A DNA stretch of 64,000 nt from Candidatus Pacearchaeota archaeon (GCA_038895375.1 JAWANM010000002.1:1447-65446), one strand, 5' to 3'. Positions 8,311 through 18,456 are shown, numbered from the stretch's first letter. Numbers and translations: made by a program. The notes: generated by a model not told the origin, from the sequence alone.

Positions 8311-10221
8311 TCACTCCATCGGAACCCCTGCAAATCTTTGGCCTCTGCCGGGAATTGCACCGCCGAGTTCTTGAGGCAATGCTGCGAAACCTGCAAAGCT
8401 ATAAATGTCTAGAGACGTGCCTATGGGACCATAGCCAAGATTGTATGCGGCTTGCAAATAAGCAATTTGATTCCAAAAAGGTGCTCTAGGCTCATAAGCA
8501 TAAAGAGGCGGACCTAAGGCTTCGAGAGTTGAAGGAAAGATCAGCTTGCCTCCCGGAGCCCCCATTGTAAGCAAGCCGCCTGCTTCTATGGCATGTTTAA
8601 GCTTACCTGCTTTTTCTAATTCTTTCAACACTTCTTTAAAAGGAACTTCTCCCATTCCAGGAGCAAGATGAGTGTCCTCGAAGCCGAAATTATCGGTAAG
8701 ATGCACAAATTTAACAAAAGGCGCTATTTTTTTTGTTTCTTTTGTAATTTCTTCTTTTAATTCTTTACCTGCATAGCCGTATTTCTTAAGCAAATTTATA
8801 TGACCTACGTCCCATGTCGCGCCTATTAGCTTGTCAGCAATGCTTTTTGCTTTATCATAACTATATCCTTCTTTTTGTGCTGCTTTTATAAACTCTTTTT
8901 TGCTTTCTTCTATAAGCTTTTTCAAAGAATCTGCTCTGCTAAAAGCCATGTTAGGATAGACATTTTCTAGAGCTATGATTGGAGCTTTCTCACCATATTT
9001 TTTGAAAGCATGAAAAGCAACATTCGCTATTGTCTTTGCAGCACGAGGAAGAGCAAATTCTTCTATGGGTTGATAAATGCGTGGCGAAGGAATTTGTTGT
9101 AATTTTGGCAAAACTTCGGAAAAAGCATTGTGCATAATGACCAAGTCTTTAGATTGTTCTGCTCTGTAAATTTCTTTTCCAATCTCTTTCAGTGCTTCTA
9201 TCGCTTTCTCGTATTCTTTTTTTGTTTTTTCATCTGCCATCTTGAGCTGTTCATTATAGTAAGTATAAGCTTGATTAAAAAGAGAATTAAGTCTCATTTT
9301 AATGTCATCATAAATGGAATCGACTGTAGTTAACTTATTCAAGGCTGCCTGTTGTTCCGGAGTTGCCATTGCTCTAATTCTACTTATCTCTCGATTCAGT
9401 TCTTCTATGTCCTCTTTAGTATAATATCCTCTTGCTTTTGCACGTTCTTCTATCTTTTTCCTTATAGCAATTTCCTCGCTCCATATAGGAGCAGCTATTG
9501 GAAAAGTTTCTGCAAGAAGCTTGTCTGCATGAATTTTTTCGCTATGAATTTCTGCTAGTCTGTTGTGCCAATAAGTTTCGTTTACAGTTTCGAGTGCTTT
9601 TTCCGGCGTTAGCACTTTTTTTTCAACACCAGTAGCTGCTGGATAGTACTTTTCTTCATAAGGCACTACTGTTATTTGAGAAGTTTCAGTATTTATGGCA
9701 TAAATAGCTGCCTTGCCTTCTCCTTCTTTTTCTGGAGCTTTTTTCCACCATTCTATGGATGGTATTGTAGATGCGTGAATCGTTACTAAGATGTTGCCAT
9801 TAGGATCCAAAAGATGTGCTCTATCTATTGTGCCTTTAAGATGTTCTTCTGCTTCTTGTCTTGAAGCTTCACTCCATTCTCCTCTAGGACCAAAACCAGC
9901 AGGATCTATAATCGGAGCGTGCATCGAAGGCTCTGCCCCTACTAATTTATGCAATCGTCTTACCTCTTCAAAAAGTTGTTTCGGAACACTCTCGAATGTT
10001 CTCGGCTCTAAAACATTTACCATAACTCCTTTTACTCCAGAGCTTAATCTGTCTGAAGCTTCTGCTATTATGTTTGCTGTTTGTGGGTTTGTATGCAGTT
10101 GCAGGGCTGAAAAAGGAACTCTATAGCCTAAAAACAAAGGTCCATAATTAGGATCTAGCTGGGAATAAGTACCTTGATAAAAAAATTCATAACTCTTTGG
10201 TTCTTTATAAGCCATTTTCAA
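8311..10221 (-). CDS. xylose-isomerase-like / AP-endonuclease-2-like TIM-barrel protein with a large (~250 aa) helical insertion
   Basis: MHAPIIDP and the C-terminal FVHLTDNFGFEDTHLAPGMGEVPF resemble Endo IV / sugar-phosphate-isomerase TIM-barrel motifs. 636 aa. Confidence 0.45.
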   Translation of the reverse strand: MKMAYKEPKSYEFFYQGTYSQLDPNYGPLFLGYRVPFSALQLHTNPQTANIIAEASDRLSSGVKGVMVNVLEPRTFESVPKQLFEEVRRLHKLVGAEPSMHAPIIDPAGFGPRGEWSEASRQEAEEHLKGTIDRAHLLDPNGNILVTIHASTIPSIEWWKKAPEKEGEGKAAIYAINTETSQITVVPYEEKYYPAATGVEKKVLTPEKALETVNETYWHNRLAEIHSEKIHADKLLAETFPIAAPIWSEEIAIRKKIEERAKARGYYTKEDIEELNREISRIRAMATPEQQAALNKLTTVDSIYDDIKMRLNSLFNQAYTYYNEQLKMADEKTKKEYEKAIEALKEIGKEIYRAEQSKDLVIMHNAFSEVLPKLQQIPSPRIYQPIEEFALPRAAKTIANVAFHAFKKYGEKAPIIALENVYPNMAFSRADSLKKLIEESKKEFIKAAQKEGYSYDKAKSIADKLIGATWDVGHINLLKKYGYAGKELKEEITKETKKIAPFVKFVHLTDNFGFEDTHLAPGMGEVPFKEVLKELEKAGKLKHAIEAGGLLTMGAPGGKLIFPSTLEALGPPLYAYEPRAPFWNQIAYLQAAYNLGYGPIGTSLDIYSFAGFAALPQELGGAIPGRGQRFAGVPME

Positions 10222-10826
10222 ACTGCTCGTGCTTCATATTCTCTAATATACTCTTTTTCCAATTTTTTTCTTTTTCCTTCTCTCTCGCTTTTTACAGTAT
10301 CATAAATTTTTTGTTCGGCTTGTTCTTGAACTTGCTCTATAGAAGTATCTCTTATAATTAAATTTTCTGCTTTTATAGTTTTTGGAAAATGTATAGGCAA
10401 GAGCTCTCTAAATTCTTCCTCAAACCTAGGAAAAAATAACTCAAAACTTTTCGCTTCACTAGAACTTTTATGAGAACTTTTATATTTTGTTTCTTCTTCT
10501 TTAGTTTCTTTAATCGATTCGTAATTTGAAACAAAATCGTACTTTTTTTCTTTCTGCTTCTCTTCTTTCAATCTTGTCTCTGGCATTGTTGTTTCTGGCC
10601 TTGATGTTACAATTTCCTCTATACTTTTTGTTGTTTCTATTGCAATCGGCTCTGTAGCAAAAGTTTCAAACACAAATTTTTGCTCTTGTTCAGCCTTGCT
10701 CAAAACTTTTTCTTCTATTTTTTCCTTTTTTTCTTCTTTTTCTTTCTTTTCTTCAATTTTTTTTGTTTCCTTGCCTTTTGCTTTTACTTTCTTTTTAACT
10801 TTTCTTTTCTTTAATTTCATTTCCAT
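10218..10826 (-). CDS. K/E-rich low-complexity protein
   Basis: 4-nt start/stop overlap (ATGA) with the downstream TIM-barrel gene suggests translational coupling. Confidence 0.4.
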   Translation of the reverse strand: MEMKLKKRKVKKKVKAKGKETKKIEEKKEKEEKKEKIEEKVLSKAEQEQKFVFETFATEPIAIETTKSIEEIVTSRPETTMPETRLKEEKQKEKKYDFVSNYESIKETKEEETKYKSSHKSSSEAKSFELFFPRFEEEFRELLPIHFPKTIKAENLIIRDTSIEQVQEQAEQKIYDTVKSEREGKRKKLEKEYIREYEARAV

Positions 10827-12226
10827 TCTGGCTTAAGAGTGCGTTGCCACTCCTCGAGCTCCCACTCGGGAGCACCAAAAGAAGCCATTCCATGCGCTTT
10901 TTTATATTTATCATAAATATTAAAGCATATATCTGCAGCTTCTATTTCAGCTATTCTTCTTATTAAACTTTCTTGGTAGTTGTCTTTCTTAATGTCTTTC
11001 AATTCCAATTCTTTTTTCTTTTTTTTCTTTTCCTGCTTTTCTTTTTTGTCTTCACTCTTTATAGGTCCGAACAAACTAAATTCTTGTTCTTTTTTTTCCT
11101 CTTCACCTAAAAAGTGTTCTATGTCTTGTTGCAATTGCCCCAAACTTTCATCGGTAACACCTTCGATAAGCTTGAGAGTTTGCTGCCAATCTTGTTGTTC
11201 AAGTTTTTTATAAAAAATTTCAAGCTCTTCGCTGTTTAGCGTGAATGCTTTAAAATCCACTTCTGCACGACCACCAAAAATGTAGTGTCCTTGCGGCGTT
11301 CTAGAAGGAATGCCTCTAAATGTAAAATCTATTAAGACGCAAGCATAATAATCTCTTCTAGGTTTATAATTTATCATAGTTTTAGGCAATTTTCCAGCTG
11401 CAACAGCAGAAGGAATTTTAATTTTACTTTTACCAAGAATTTTTAGTTCGAGTAAAATAGTATTGAAAGCATTAACAAGGGTTGGTTCTTTTAAAGAGGT
11501 TTCTTTCATCCTCAATTGTTCTGCTGCTCTTAAATAAGGCTTGACCCAGCTAGTATAAAGTTTTAGACTATTAATCTGACTTTTCAAATAACTTTTCTCC
11601 AACTCGAATCTCGTCGTCAATTCTTTTTCACTTCTTTTGACCCAATCAAAGAACTCTGCAAGTCTTGGTTTTAAAACTCTCTTGACTCTTTCGTTAAGAT
11701 CCATTTTGTCAACATCTTCCACGCTTTTAGCAGCCATGAATGCGTCTCTTAAAGTCATGAAGTTAAGATCAGAAGTCATTACATTTATACTTCCACGGCC
11801 GCGTTGTATGTCTACTTTGTCCATCCATATCTGCTTCAACGCAAGCAAAGCAGCATCTTTCTTTTTTGGATCTTTTAGATCTTTGTAAATTTGCAATCTT
11901 ATTTCAAATTCTTTCAAGTCGTAAAGTAAATTTATTATGCTTTTAAGAACAGTGTTTACTGCTCCCAAAATTTTCATCGCTTCTTCTTGCATTTTCGAGG
12001 CTTTAGCGCCAAGCTCGCTAAAATAGCCTCCCCCAACAGAGGCAGAAAAAGTATCAACAAGCTTTTCTACTTCCATTCCGCCCTCTTGCATAAAATCCAA
12101 TATCCAAAAGTATATTGGCTCGAGCTGCTCGGCAGTACTATCGTAAACAAGTTTGCTATGCCACAAAGGCTCTTGCCTCGAAGGCTGGGTAACTTTCTTT
12201 ATTTCCTTTAGAATGCTTTCTTCCAT
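10817..12226 (-). CDS. hypothetical protein, 469 aa, unknown family, acidic/KE-rich C-terminal region
   Basis: Long ORF overlapping the next gene by 10 nt; no recognisable catalytic motif. Confidence 0.5.
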   Translation of the reverse strand: MEESILKEIKKVTQPSRQEPLWHSKLVYDSTAEQLEPIYFWILDFMQEGGMEVEKLVDTFSASVGGGYFSELGAKASKMQEEAMKILGAVNTVLKSIINLLYDLKEFEIRLQIYKDLKDPKKKDAALLALKQIWMDKVDIQRGRGSINVMTSDLNFMTLRDAFMAAKSVEDVDKMDLNERVKRVLKPRLAEFFDWVKRSEKELTTRFELEKSYLKSQINSLKLYTSWVKPYLRAAEQLRMKETSLKEPTLVNAFNTILLELKILGKSKIKIPSAVAAGKLPKTMINYKPRRDYYACVLIDFTFRGIPSRTPQGHYIFGGRAEVDFKAFTLNSEELEIFYKKLEQQDWQQTLKLIEGVTDESLGQLQQDIEHFLGEEEKKEQEFSLFGPIKSEDKKEKQEKKKKKKELELKDIKKDNYQESLIRRIAEIEAADICFNIYDKYKKAHGMASFGAPEWELEEWQRTLKPEWK

Positions 12227-12253
12227 AAAATTTTTAAGTTTTTTGAGTTTTTA

Positions 12254-12625
12254 TTGGTTTCGGTCATAGTTAATTTGAAAATCTTATCAAATTTTTTGAA
12301 GCAAAAATTATTTAAAAAGATTCTACCTATTGAAATCATGATTTTTAACAAAATTTTCAAAAAAAAGGGGAAGGAAAAAGAAGTAATTTGGGGCGAAACT
12401 TTCAGCGCTATGGACAAGAGCAAAGAAAGTAAAAGTGCTTCGGAACAAACCAGTTTTTTAAGCGATCTTGCAATGGCTTCAATGGCGTCTAGCGCCAACA
12501 GTTCTAACGAGAATGCAGAAAAAATAGAAAGGCTAGATAGACGCTTGGACAGGCTAATCGAAAGAATAGAGTTGCTTGAAAGAAAAATAGAAAGGATTGA
12601 AAATCGACTCGATTTGAAGTACTGA
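12254..12625 (+). CDS. small coiled-coil protein
   Basis: C-terminal heptad repeats: KIERLDRRLDRLIERIELLERKIERIENRL. Confidence 0.3.
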   Translation: MVSVIVNLKILSNFLKQKLFKKILPIEIMIFNKIFKKKGKEKEVIWGETFSAMDKSKESKSASEQTSFLSDLAMASMASSANSSNENAEKIERLDRRLDRLIERIELLERKIERIENRLDLKY

Positions 12626-12665
12626 AAAATTTCTACATTGCGATCTTGCTTACGTAAATTTTGCC

Positions 12666-13142
12666 ATGTTTAAAAAGCAAAAAATGAAAACAAAAGATAA
12701 CGAAGAAAAAATAAGAAAGGCTATATGGCGCTTCTTACTGATTGTAATGCTTATCTTTGTTTTTGATCATCTTTTGAAAAATTTGTCTAGTAATAAATGC
12801 TTTTTATTTTTATGCTCAAAGCATTCAATAAACACAGGGGCTGCTTTTTCTTTGTTTGCAGGCTTTCCATGGATAAAATTTGTTCTAATTGTAATCGCTT
12901 CTGCTGTGCTCATTGCTGTAGGAATCTTTTACTTTAAGTATGGAGAAAAAAAACTATTGAAATTGGCTCTTCCTTTGATTTTTGCCGGCACGCTTTCGAA
13001 TCTGCTCGATAGAATTTTTTTAGGCTATGTTATTGATTCCTTAACTTTTTCTTTTTGGGCGAGTTTTCCTGCTTTCAATATAGCAGACGCAAGCAACCTT
13101 GTTGGAGTTGTTTTGCTAATAATTTACTTGATAAAAACTTAA
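12666..13142 (+). CDS. lspA: lipoprotein signal peptidase (signal peptidase II)
   Basis: SNLLDRIFLGYVIDSLTFSFWASFPAFNIADASNLVGVVLL matches the LspA signature GN.iDR...G.VvDf......FPvFNvAD; four TM segments. Confidence 0.7.
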   Translation: MFKKQKMKTKDNEEKIRKAIWRFLLIVMLIFVFDHLLKNLSSNKCFLFLCSKHSINTGAAFSLFAGFPWIKFVLIVIASAVLIAVGIFYFKYGEKKLLKLALPLIFAGTLSNLLDRIFLGYVIDSLTFSFWASFPAFNIADASNLVGVVLLIIYLIKT

Positions 13143-13179
13143 GCCATCCTAATTTCCTAAGGCTGCTCTTACTGAATGG

Positions 13180-14172
13180 TTAGCTATAGCTTTTGGGAAA
13201 ACGAAAACCAAAGATATCAGCTAGCCTTTTTTCTATTAATATTATTTCCTCTCTTGGCGTAACAATAAGTTTAGAACGGGGTCCAAGGCCTACAACTGTC
13301 TCAAGGTTTTTGACTCCACGCATGTCAACTGACGACAACTTAACCTCTTGAAACACAGCTTCTCGAAGGTTCGCTCCATTAAAGGTCACTTCCCGAAGAT
13401 ATGCTCTTTCAAAGTTTACTTTTTCGAGATTTGCTTCTATAAAGTCTACCTTTCGAAGCTTCGTTTCTTCAAAGTTTGCTCCCACGAGGTTTGCTCTTCT
13501 AAGGCATGCTTCTTCAAGGTATGCTCTTTCAAAGTTTACTTTTTCGAGATTTGCTTCCAGAAGGTACGTTTCCAATAAGACTGCCTTATCAAAGTTAGCT
13601 CTCGTAAGGATTGCTCTTTTAAGATTTGCTCCTTCAAAGTACGCTCTCGTAAGGATTGCTCTTTTAAGATTTGCTCCTTCAAAGTCCGCGAAAGAAAGGT
13701 TAGCTCTCGTAAGGATTGCTCTTTTAAGATTTGCTCCTGGAAGGTACGCTCCTAAAAGGCAAGCTTTCGTAAGGATTGCTCTTTCAAGGTTTGCTCCCAT
13801 GAGGTTTGCGTCTTGAAGGTCCGCTCCTTTAAGATATGCTTTTTTAAAGTTTGCTTTTTCGAGATTTGCTCCCGAAAAGTTCGCTCCTTCAAGATTTGCT
13901 CCCTCAAAACATGAATTTCTTCCTTCAACAAACGGCAAAAACAAGCCCTTCGCGATGAGATATGAAAACTTAGAATTACTGATAATAAGGGGATTGTCTT
14001 CCACACCGTCCCAAAAACCGCGCTCTTTTAAGTAGCTTTGAAGTTCGTTAAATCCTTCATGACCAGAAAGATTAAAACCTTCTTCAAGTTTTATTCCATC
14101 AAAATCCTTTTCTCCAGCTAAAATTTTTTTTATAAATTCTTCCCCTGTCATATATATAAGGCGGCGTGGCAT
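13180..14172 (-). CDS. pentapeptide-repeat protein
   Basis: Long run of A(N/D)L.. pentapeptides (ANLEGANFSGANLEKANFKKAYLKGADLQDANL...). The underlying DNA is highly self-similar. Confidence 0.85.
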   Translation of the reverse strand: MPRRLIYMTGEEFIKKILAGEKDFDGIKLEEGFNLSGHEGFNELQSYLKERGFWDGVEDNPLIISNSKFSYLIAKGLFLPFVEGRNSCFEGANLEGANFSGANLEKANFKKAYLKGADLQDANLMGANLERAILTKACLLGAYLPGANLKRAILTRANLSFADFEGANLKRAILTRAYFEGANLKRAILTRANFDKAVLLETYLLEANLEKVNFERAYLEEACLRRANLVGANFEETKLRKVDFIEANLEKVNFERAYLREVTFNGANLREAVFQEVKLSSVDMRGVKNLETVVGLGPRSKLIVTPREEIILIEKRLADIFGFRFPKSYS

Positions 14173-14320
14173 GCGTATTCATCGTACTGGAAGTATTTAA
14201 ATCTTTCGGTTTACTACTCTTAAATAATAATTATCGTCAGGAAAAAGACATATGCTTAGACAAAATTTTAAAAGTTAATTGTTTTACTTAAAAAGACAAT
14301 AAAACAAAGTTTGTGAAAAA

Positions 14321-15727
14321 ATGGAAAAAGATAAATTTGCAAGAAAAATCGAGGCTTATGCTCTAAAGAATGCTATAGAACACAAAGGCAAGGCTCGTGT
14401 CGAGAGCGTTTTGAATGCGTTGTTTCATGAAGGTTTGAAAAAAGAGCAAGTTAAAGACGTTATAGAAGAAATTCGAAAGCAAGTCGAAAAAATCAATTCG
14501 CTTTCTCTCGAGGAGCAAAAACAAAAATTTTCTTCTTTGCAGCAAGAAATAAGTCATCGAGCTGAGCGTGAAGGATTGCCAGAATTGCCAAATGCGGATA
14601 AAGGAATTATAACAAGATTTGCACCTTCGCCTTCTGGACCACTGCATATAGGGCATGTTGCTACTGCAATGCCTTCTTCTTTGTATGTTAAAAAGTATGG
14701 AGGTAAGTTTTATATTAGAATAGAAGACACGAATCCAAAGAATATAGATCCGAAAGCCTATGAAATGATTCCAGAAGAAGCAAATTGGTTGTTCGGCAAT
14801 GTAAGTGAAGTTATAATACAATCCGACAGAATGGAAGTCTACTATAAGTATGCAGAAGAGCTGATCAAAAAAAATAAAGCCTACGTTTGTACTTGCGATC
14901 CTGAAAAATTCAGGGAGTTGAAAAAAGCCAAAAAAGAGTGTCCTTGCCGTAACTTGAGTGTTGAAGAAAACTTAGAAAGATGGAAAAAAATGTTGGACAA
15001 AAATGGTTATAGAGAAGGAGAAGCTGTTTTGCGATTCAAATCTGATTTACAACTAAAAAATCCTGCGTTCAGAGATTTTCCTCTGGCAAGAATTATCGAA
15101 GCAGAACATCCGAGACAAGGTAAGAAGTATAGAGTTTGGCCTTTGATGGCTCTGGGTGTTGCTGTCGATGATATGGAATATGGAATGACTCATGTAATTA
15201 GAGCAAAAGAGCACAGAGATAGTGCAATAAGACAGGAAATGATTTTCGAAGCTTTCGGAAAAAAACCACCTTATACTTTTTTCCTTGGAAGATACAAATT
15301 CAAGGACTTCGAAATTTCCTGTTCCAAAACGAGAAAATTAATCGAAGAAAAAAAATTTTCAGGATGGGATGATATTAGATTGCCATTCATTGCTGCTTTA
15401 AGAAAGAGGGGCTATCAACCAGAAGCGTTTGCAAAAATGGCCGAAGCCCGTGGCTTGAGCGAAGTGGATAAAGTAATTAGTAAAGAAGATTATTTTGAAA
15501 TTCTTGATAATTTCAATAGAGAAATAATAAAAGATAAAGCGAAAAAAATAGAATTCTCAGAGCAAAAGCAGAGTGGCTTCAAGGAAATTACAATTCTAAT
15601 GCCGGACGCTACAAAAAAGAAAGCTTTCGCAAAAATAGAAGACATAAAAGACGGCGAAATCGTTTATTTTCGAAACTTTGGATACGCAAGGCTCAACGGA
15701 AATGAATTTTGGTTTTGTCATAAATAA
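14321..15727 (+). CDS. gltX: glutamyl-tRNA synthetase, archaeal type
   Basis: PSPSGPLHIGHVATAM (HIGH motif) and overall class-I Glx fold. Confidence 0.9.
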   Translation: MEKDKFARKIEAYALKNAIEHKGKARVESVLNALFHEGLKKEQVKDVIEEIRKQVEKINSLSLEEQKQKFSSLQQEISHRAEREGLPELPNADKGIITRFAPSPSGPLHIGHVATAMPSSLYVKKYGGKFYIRIEDTNPKNIDPKAYEMIPEEANWLFGNVSEVIIQSDRMEVYYKYAEELIKKNKAYVCTCDPEKFRELKKAKKECPCRNLSVEENLERWKKMLDKNGYREGEAVLRFKSDLQLKNPAFRDFPLARIIEAEHPRQGKKYRVWPLMALGVAVDDMEYGMTHVIRAKEHRDSAIRQEMIFEAFGKKPPYTFFLGRYKFKDFEISCSKTRKLIEEKKFSGWDDIRLPFIAALRKRGYQPEAFAKMAEARGLSEVDKVISKEDYFEILDNFNREIIKDKAKKIEFSEQKQSGFKEITILMPDATKKKAFAKIEDIKDGEIVYFRNFGYARLNGNEFWFCHK

Positions 15728-15733
15728 TAAAAA

Positions 15734-17734
15734 ATGGAAAGTCAAAAAAAAGAACAAAAAGAATATGCTCTTGTCATATGCGAGAAACCACAAGCTGCAA
15801 TGCGAATTGCTTATTCTTTAGCTGAAATCGCTCCTATTAAAAGAAGCCTTAACAGAGTGCCCTATTGGGAAGTTTATCGTAAAGACAAAAAACTTATAGT
15901 TGTTAGCACAATCGGTCATTTGTACGGCTTGCAAGAAAAAAACAAAACAAACGATTGGCCAACTTTTGATGTAGAATGGACTCAAAAAAAAGGTTACGCG
16001 AAAAATTACATAAACGTTATAAAGTATTTTGCAAAGAATGCAAAAGAATTTATTCTAGCTTGTGATTATGACATAGAAGGCGAACTCATAGGATTCAACG
16101 TTTTGAGATTCTTATGCAATACAGAAAACGCAAAAAGAATGAAGTTTTCTACCTTAACAAAAGCAGACTTGGTAAAAAGTTATGAAGAAATCGAAAAACA
16201 AATCAACTTCGGTCAAGCATATGCCGGCGAAACTCGACATTATTTAGACTGGTTCTATGGCATCAATCTTTCAAGAGCATTGATGCAAGCTATAAGAAAA
16301 GCCGGCTCTTTCAAGATTTTATCAATAGGTCGCGTTCAGGGACCTGCATTAGCGTTGATTGTTTCTCGAGAAAAAGAAATTTTAAACTTCAAACCAAAAA
16401 AATATTGGAATGCTTACCTTGTAATTCAAGGAATAAAGTTAAAATACGACAAAAACATAGAAACAAAAGAGGATGCTGAAAAATTTTTAAAATATAAAAA
16501 CAAAAAAGTCGAAGTCAAAACAGAAAAAAAACAACAAGAGTTAAAGCCTTTGCCTCCTTTTGATTTGACTTCTTTACAAATCGAAGCTTATAGACTTTTC
16601 AAATTTTCTCCTGCGCATACTTTAGCTATAGCAGAAAAATTATATTTACGAGGCTTGATAAGCTATCCAAGAACATCTAGCCAAAAACTTCCTCCAGCGA
16701 TTGGACTGAAAAAAATTTTAAAAAAATTGGAAAAAATTTTCCCTAGGTTGTTAAAACATGCTAAAAGAGTAAAGCCTGTCGAAGGTAAAAAAACAGATCC
16801 GGCGCATCCTGCCATTTTTCCAACTGGCGAACATGGTAAGTTGAGCAGCGATGAAAAAAAGATTTATGAAATTATAGTCAGAAGATTTATCGCATGTTTT
16901 GCTGAAAATGCTTTGATTGAAAATAAAGAAATTATAGCAGAAAAAAATTTTTATGCTCATGGTAAAAAAATTTTAAGGAAAGGGTGGCTCGAAGTATACC
17001 CTTTTTTTCTAGAGCTAAAAGAGTTGCCAGACTTGCAAGGCATGCATACTGTAGATGATGTATTGCTAGAGGAAAAAGAAACGCAGCCTCCTGCAAGATA
17101 TACCCCGGCCTCGATAATAGCGGAGCTAGAAAAAAGAAATTTGGGAACAAAAGCGACTCGTGCAGAAATTTTGGAAAAACTTTACAAAAGAGGCTACATA
17201 ACTGGAACGCAAATTAAAGCAACACAACTAAGTTTGGCCGTAGTCGAAACATTTGAAAAAAATTGTCCTCTGATTCTAGACGAAAATTTGACGAGAAAAT
17301 TCGAAGAAGAAATGGAAAAAATACAAAAAGAAAAATCTAAAGAAAAGATAATTACAAAACAAAAAGAAATTCTTGAAAAAGCCAAAAAAACTTTATTGAG
17401 CATTGCAGAAGAATTCAAAAAAAATGAGACCGAAATAGGAAAGCAATTGCTTGCAAGCGAAAACGAAGCGAGAAAACAAAAAATCGAGGAAAATACTCTA
17501 TTTACATGTTTCAAATGTAAAGAAGGAAAAATAACCATGATAAGAAGCAAGAAAGGAAAAAGGTTTGCCGCATGCAGTAATGAAAAATGCGATGTTTCTT
17601 TTCCTTTGCCTGCACAAGGGGCTATTAAAGTAAGTGAAAATAAATGCGAATGTGGATCTGTAAAGTTAATTCTTATTAAGAAAGGTCGTCCTCCTTGGGA
17701 ATTTTGTCCATTTTGTTTTAAAAAGAAAAATTAA
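15734..17734 (+). CDS. topA: DNA topoisomerase type IA (Topo I/III-like) with C-terminal zinc ribbons
   Basis: TOPRIM N-terminus (YALVICEKPQAAMRIA...). Active-site region GLISYPRTSS. C-terminal CxxC...CxxC repeats. Confidence 0.9.
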   Translation: MESQKKEQKEYALVICEKPQAAMRIAYSLAEIAPIKRSLNRVPYWEVYRKDKKLIVVSTIGHLYGLQEKNKTNDWPTFDVEWTQKKGYAKNYINVIKYFAKNAKEFILACDYDIEGELIGFNVLRFLCNTENAKRMKFSTLTKADLVKSYEEIEKQINFGQAYAGETRHYLDWFYGINLSRALMQAIRKAGSFKILSIGRVQGPALALIVSREKEILNFKPKKYWNAYLVIQGIKLKYDKNIETKEDAEKFLKYKNKKVEVKTEKKQQELKPLPPFDLTSLQIEAYRLFKFSPAHTLAIAEKLYLRGLISYPRTSSQKLPPAIGLKKILKKLEKIFPRLLKHAKRVKPVEGKKTDPAHPAIFPTGEHGKLSSDEKKIYEIIVRRFIACFAENALIENKEIIAEKNFYAHGKKILRKGWLEVYPFFLELKELPDLQGMHTVDDVLLEEKETQPPARYTPASIIAELEKRNLGTKATRAEILEKLYKRGYITGTQIKATQLSLAVVETFEKNCPLILDENLTRKFEEEMEKIQKEKSKEKIITKQKEILEKAKKTLLSIAEEFKKNETEIGKQLLASENEARKQKIEENTLFTCFKCKEGKITMIRSKKGKRFAACSNEKCDVSFPLPAQGAIKVSENKCECGSVKLILIKKGRPPWEFCPFCFKKKN

Positions 17735-18456
17735 CTTTTCAACTTTTTTATTCCTCTATCTGTAATTCTGAAGAGAAACTCTTTTTCTGGTAAAGATCGA
17801 TGTTTTCTAAGAATCGCACATTTCTTTCCCTGGCTTCTATTTTGCAATTCTATAATGCATTTGCTCCAATACTTTATTATATCGCCTCCTACCATGCTAA
17901 CACTCTTGAGCTTACCGGCCTCTATTTCTTCACGAGTTAAAAAATCGCTATAAACTTGATTCGTCACAAGGACGGGAATGTTTTTTTTGCGTGCTATCTC
18001 GGCAAGAATTCGCAGTTGCCTTGCCAAGCTTCTATTTATCAAGCGTATTTTATCAAAGTTCTTCGAACTTGAAGCTTCGCCAAGCTCCAATCTGTAAAGC
18101 ATTGCAATACTATCAACTACAATAAGTCCAATATCTTTCTTAACTCTAGTCAATTCGAGAAGCTTGTTGAAAATTTCACGCTGTTCGAAAAAATTCGTTG
18201 CTTTTAGAAGCAAGATGTTTTTGAAAATGTTTTTTGCTGCCCTAAATGCTATTTGCTTCAGTCTCTCTACGGAGAATCCTCCTTCTGTGTCAATATAGAT
18301 GACTTTCTTTCCAAGAAATGCTTGATTTGCGGCAGCCATAATGCACAAATTTGTTTTTCCAGAGCCGGCTGGTCCGTAAAAAGTTGTTATTACATCTACC
18401 TCATAACCGCCATTAAGCCATTCGTCCAATTCTTTAGATCCCGTCGATATCTTCAT
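17731..18456 (-). CDS. radB: RadB-type RecA-family recombinase paralog
   Basis: Walker A GPAGSGKTNLC. 241 aa, no N-terminal HhH domain. 4-nt overlap with topA stop. Confidence 0.8.
   Translation of the reverse strand: MKISTGSKELDEWLNGGYEVDVITTFYGPAGSGKTNLCIMAAANQAFLGKKVIYIDTEGGFSVERLKQIAFRAAKNIFKNILLLKATNFFEQREIFNKLLELTRVKKDIGLIVVDSIAMLYRLELGEASSSKNFDKIRLINRSLARQLRILAEIARKKNIPVLVTNQVYSDFLTREEIEAGKLKSVSMVGGDIIKYWSKCIIELQNRSQGKKCAILRKHRSLPEKEFLFRITDRGIKKLKS

Noticed and set aside
13348-14006. Two ORFs (76 and 84 aa) with repetitive K/F/S or K/E/Q-rich translations.
   Set aside because: Alternative-frame readings of the pentapeptide-repeat DNA.
14363-14821. 152-aa minus-strand ORF.
   Set aside because: Antisense to gltX.
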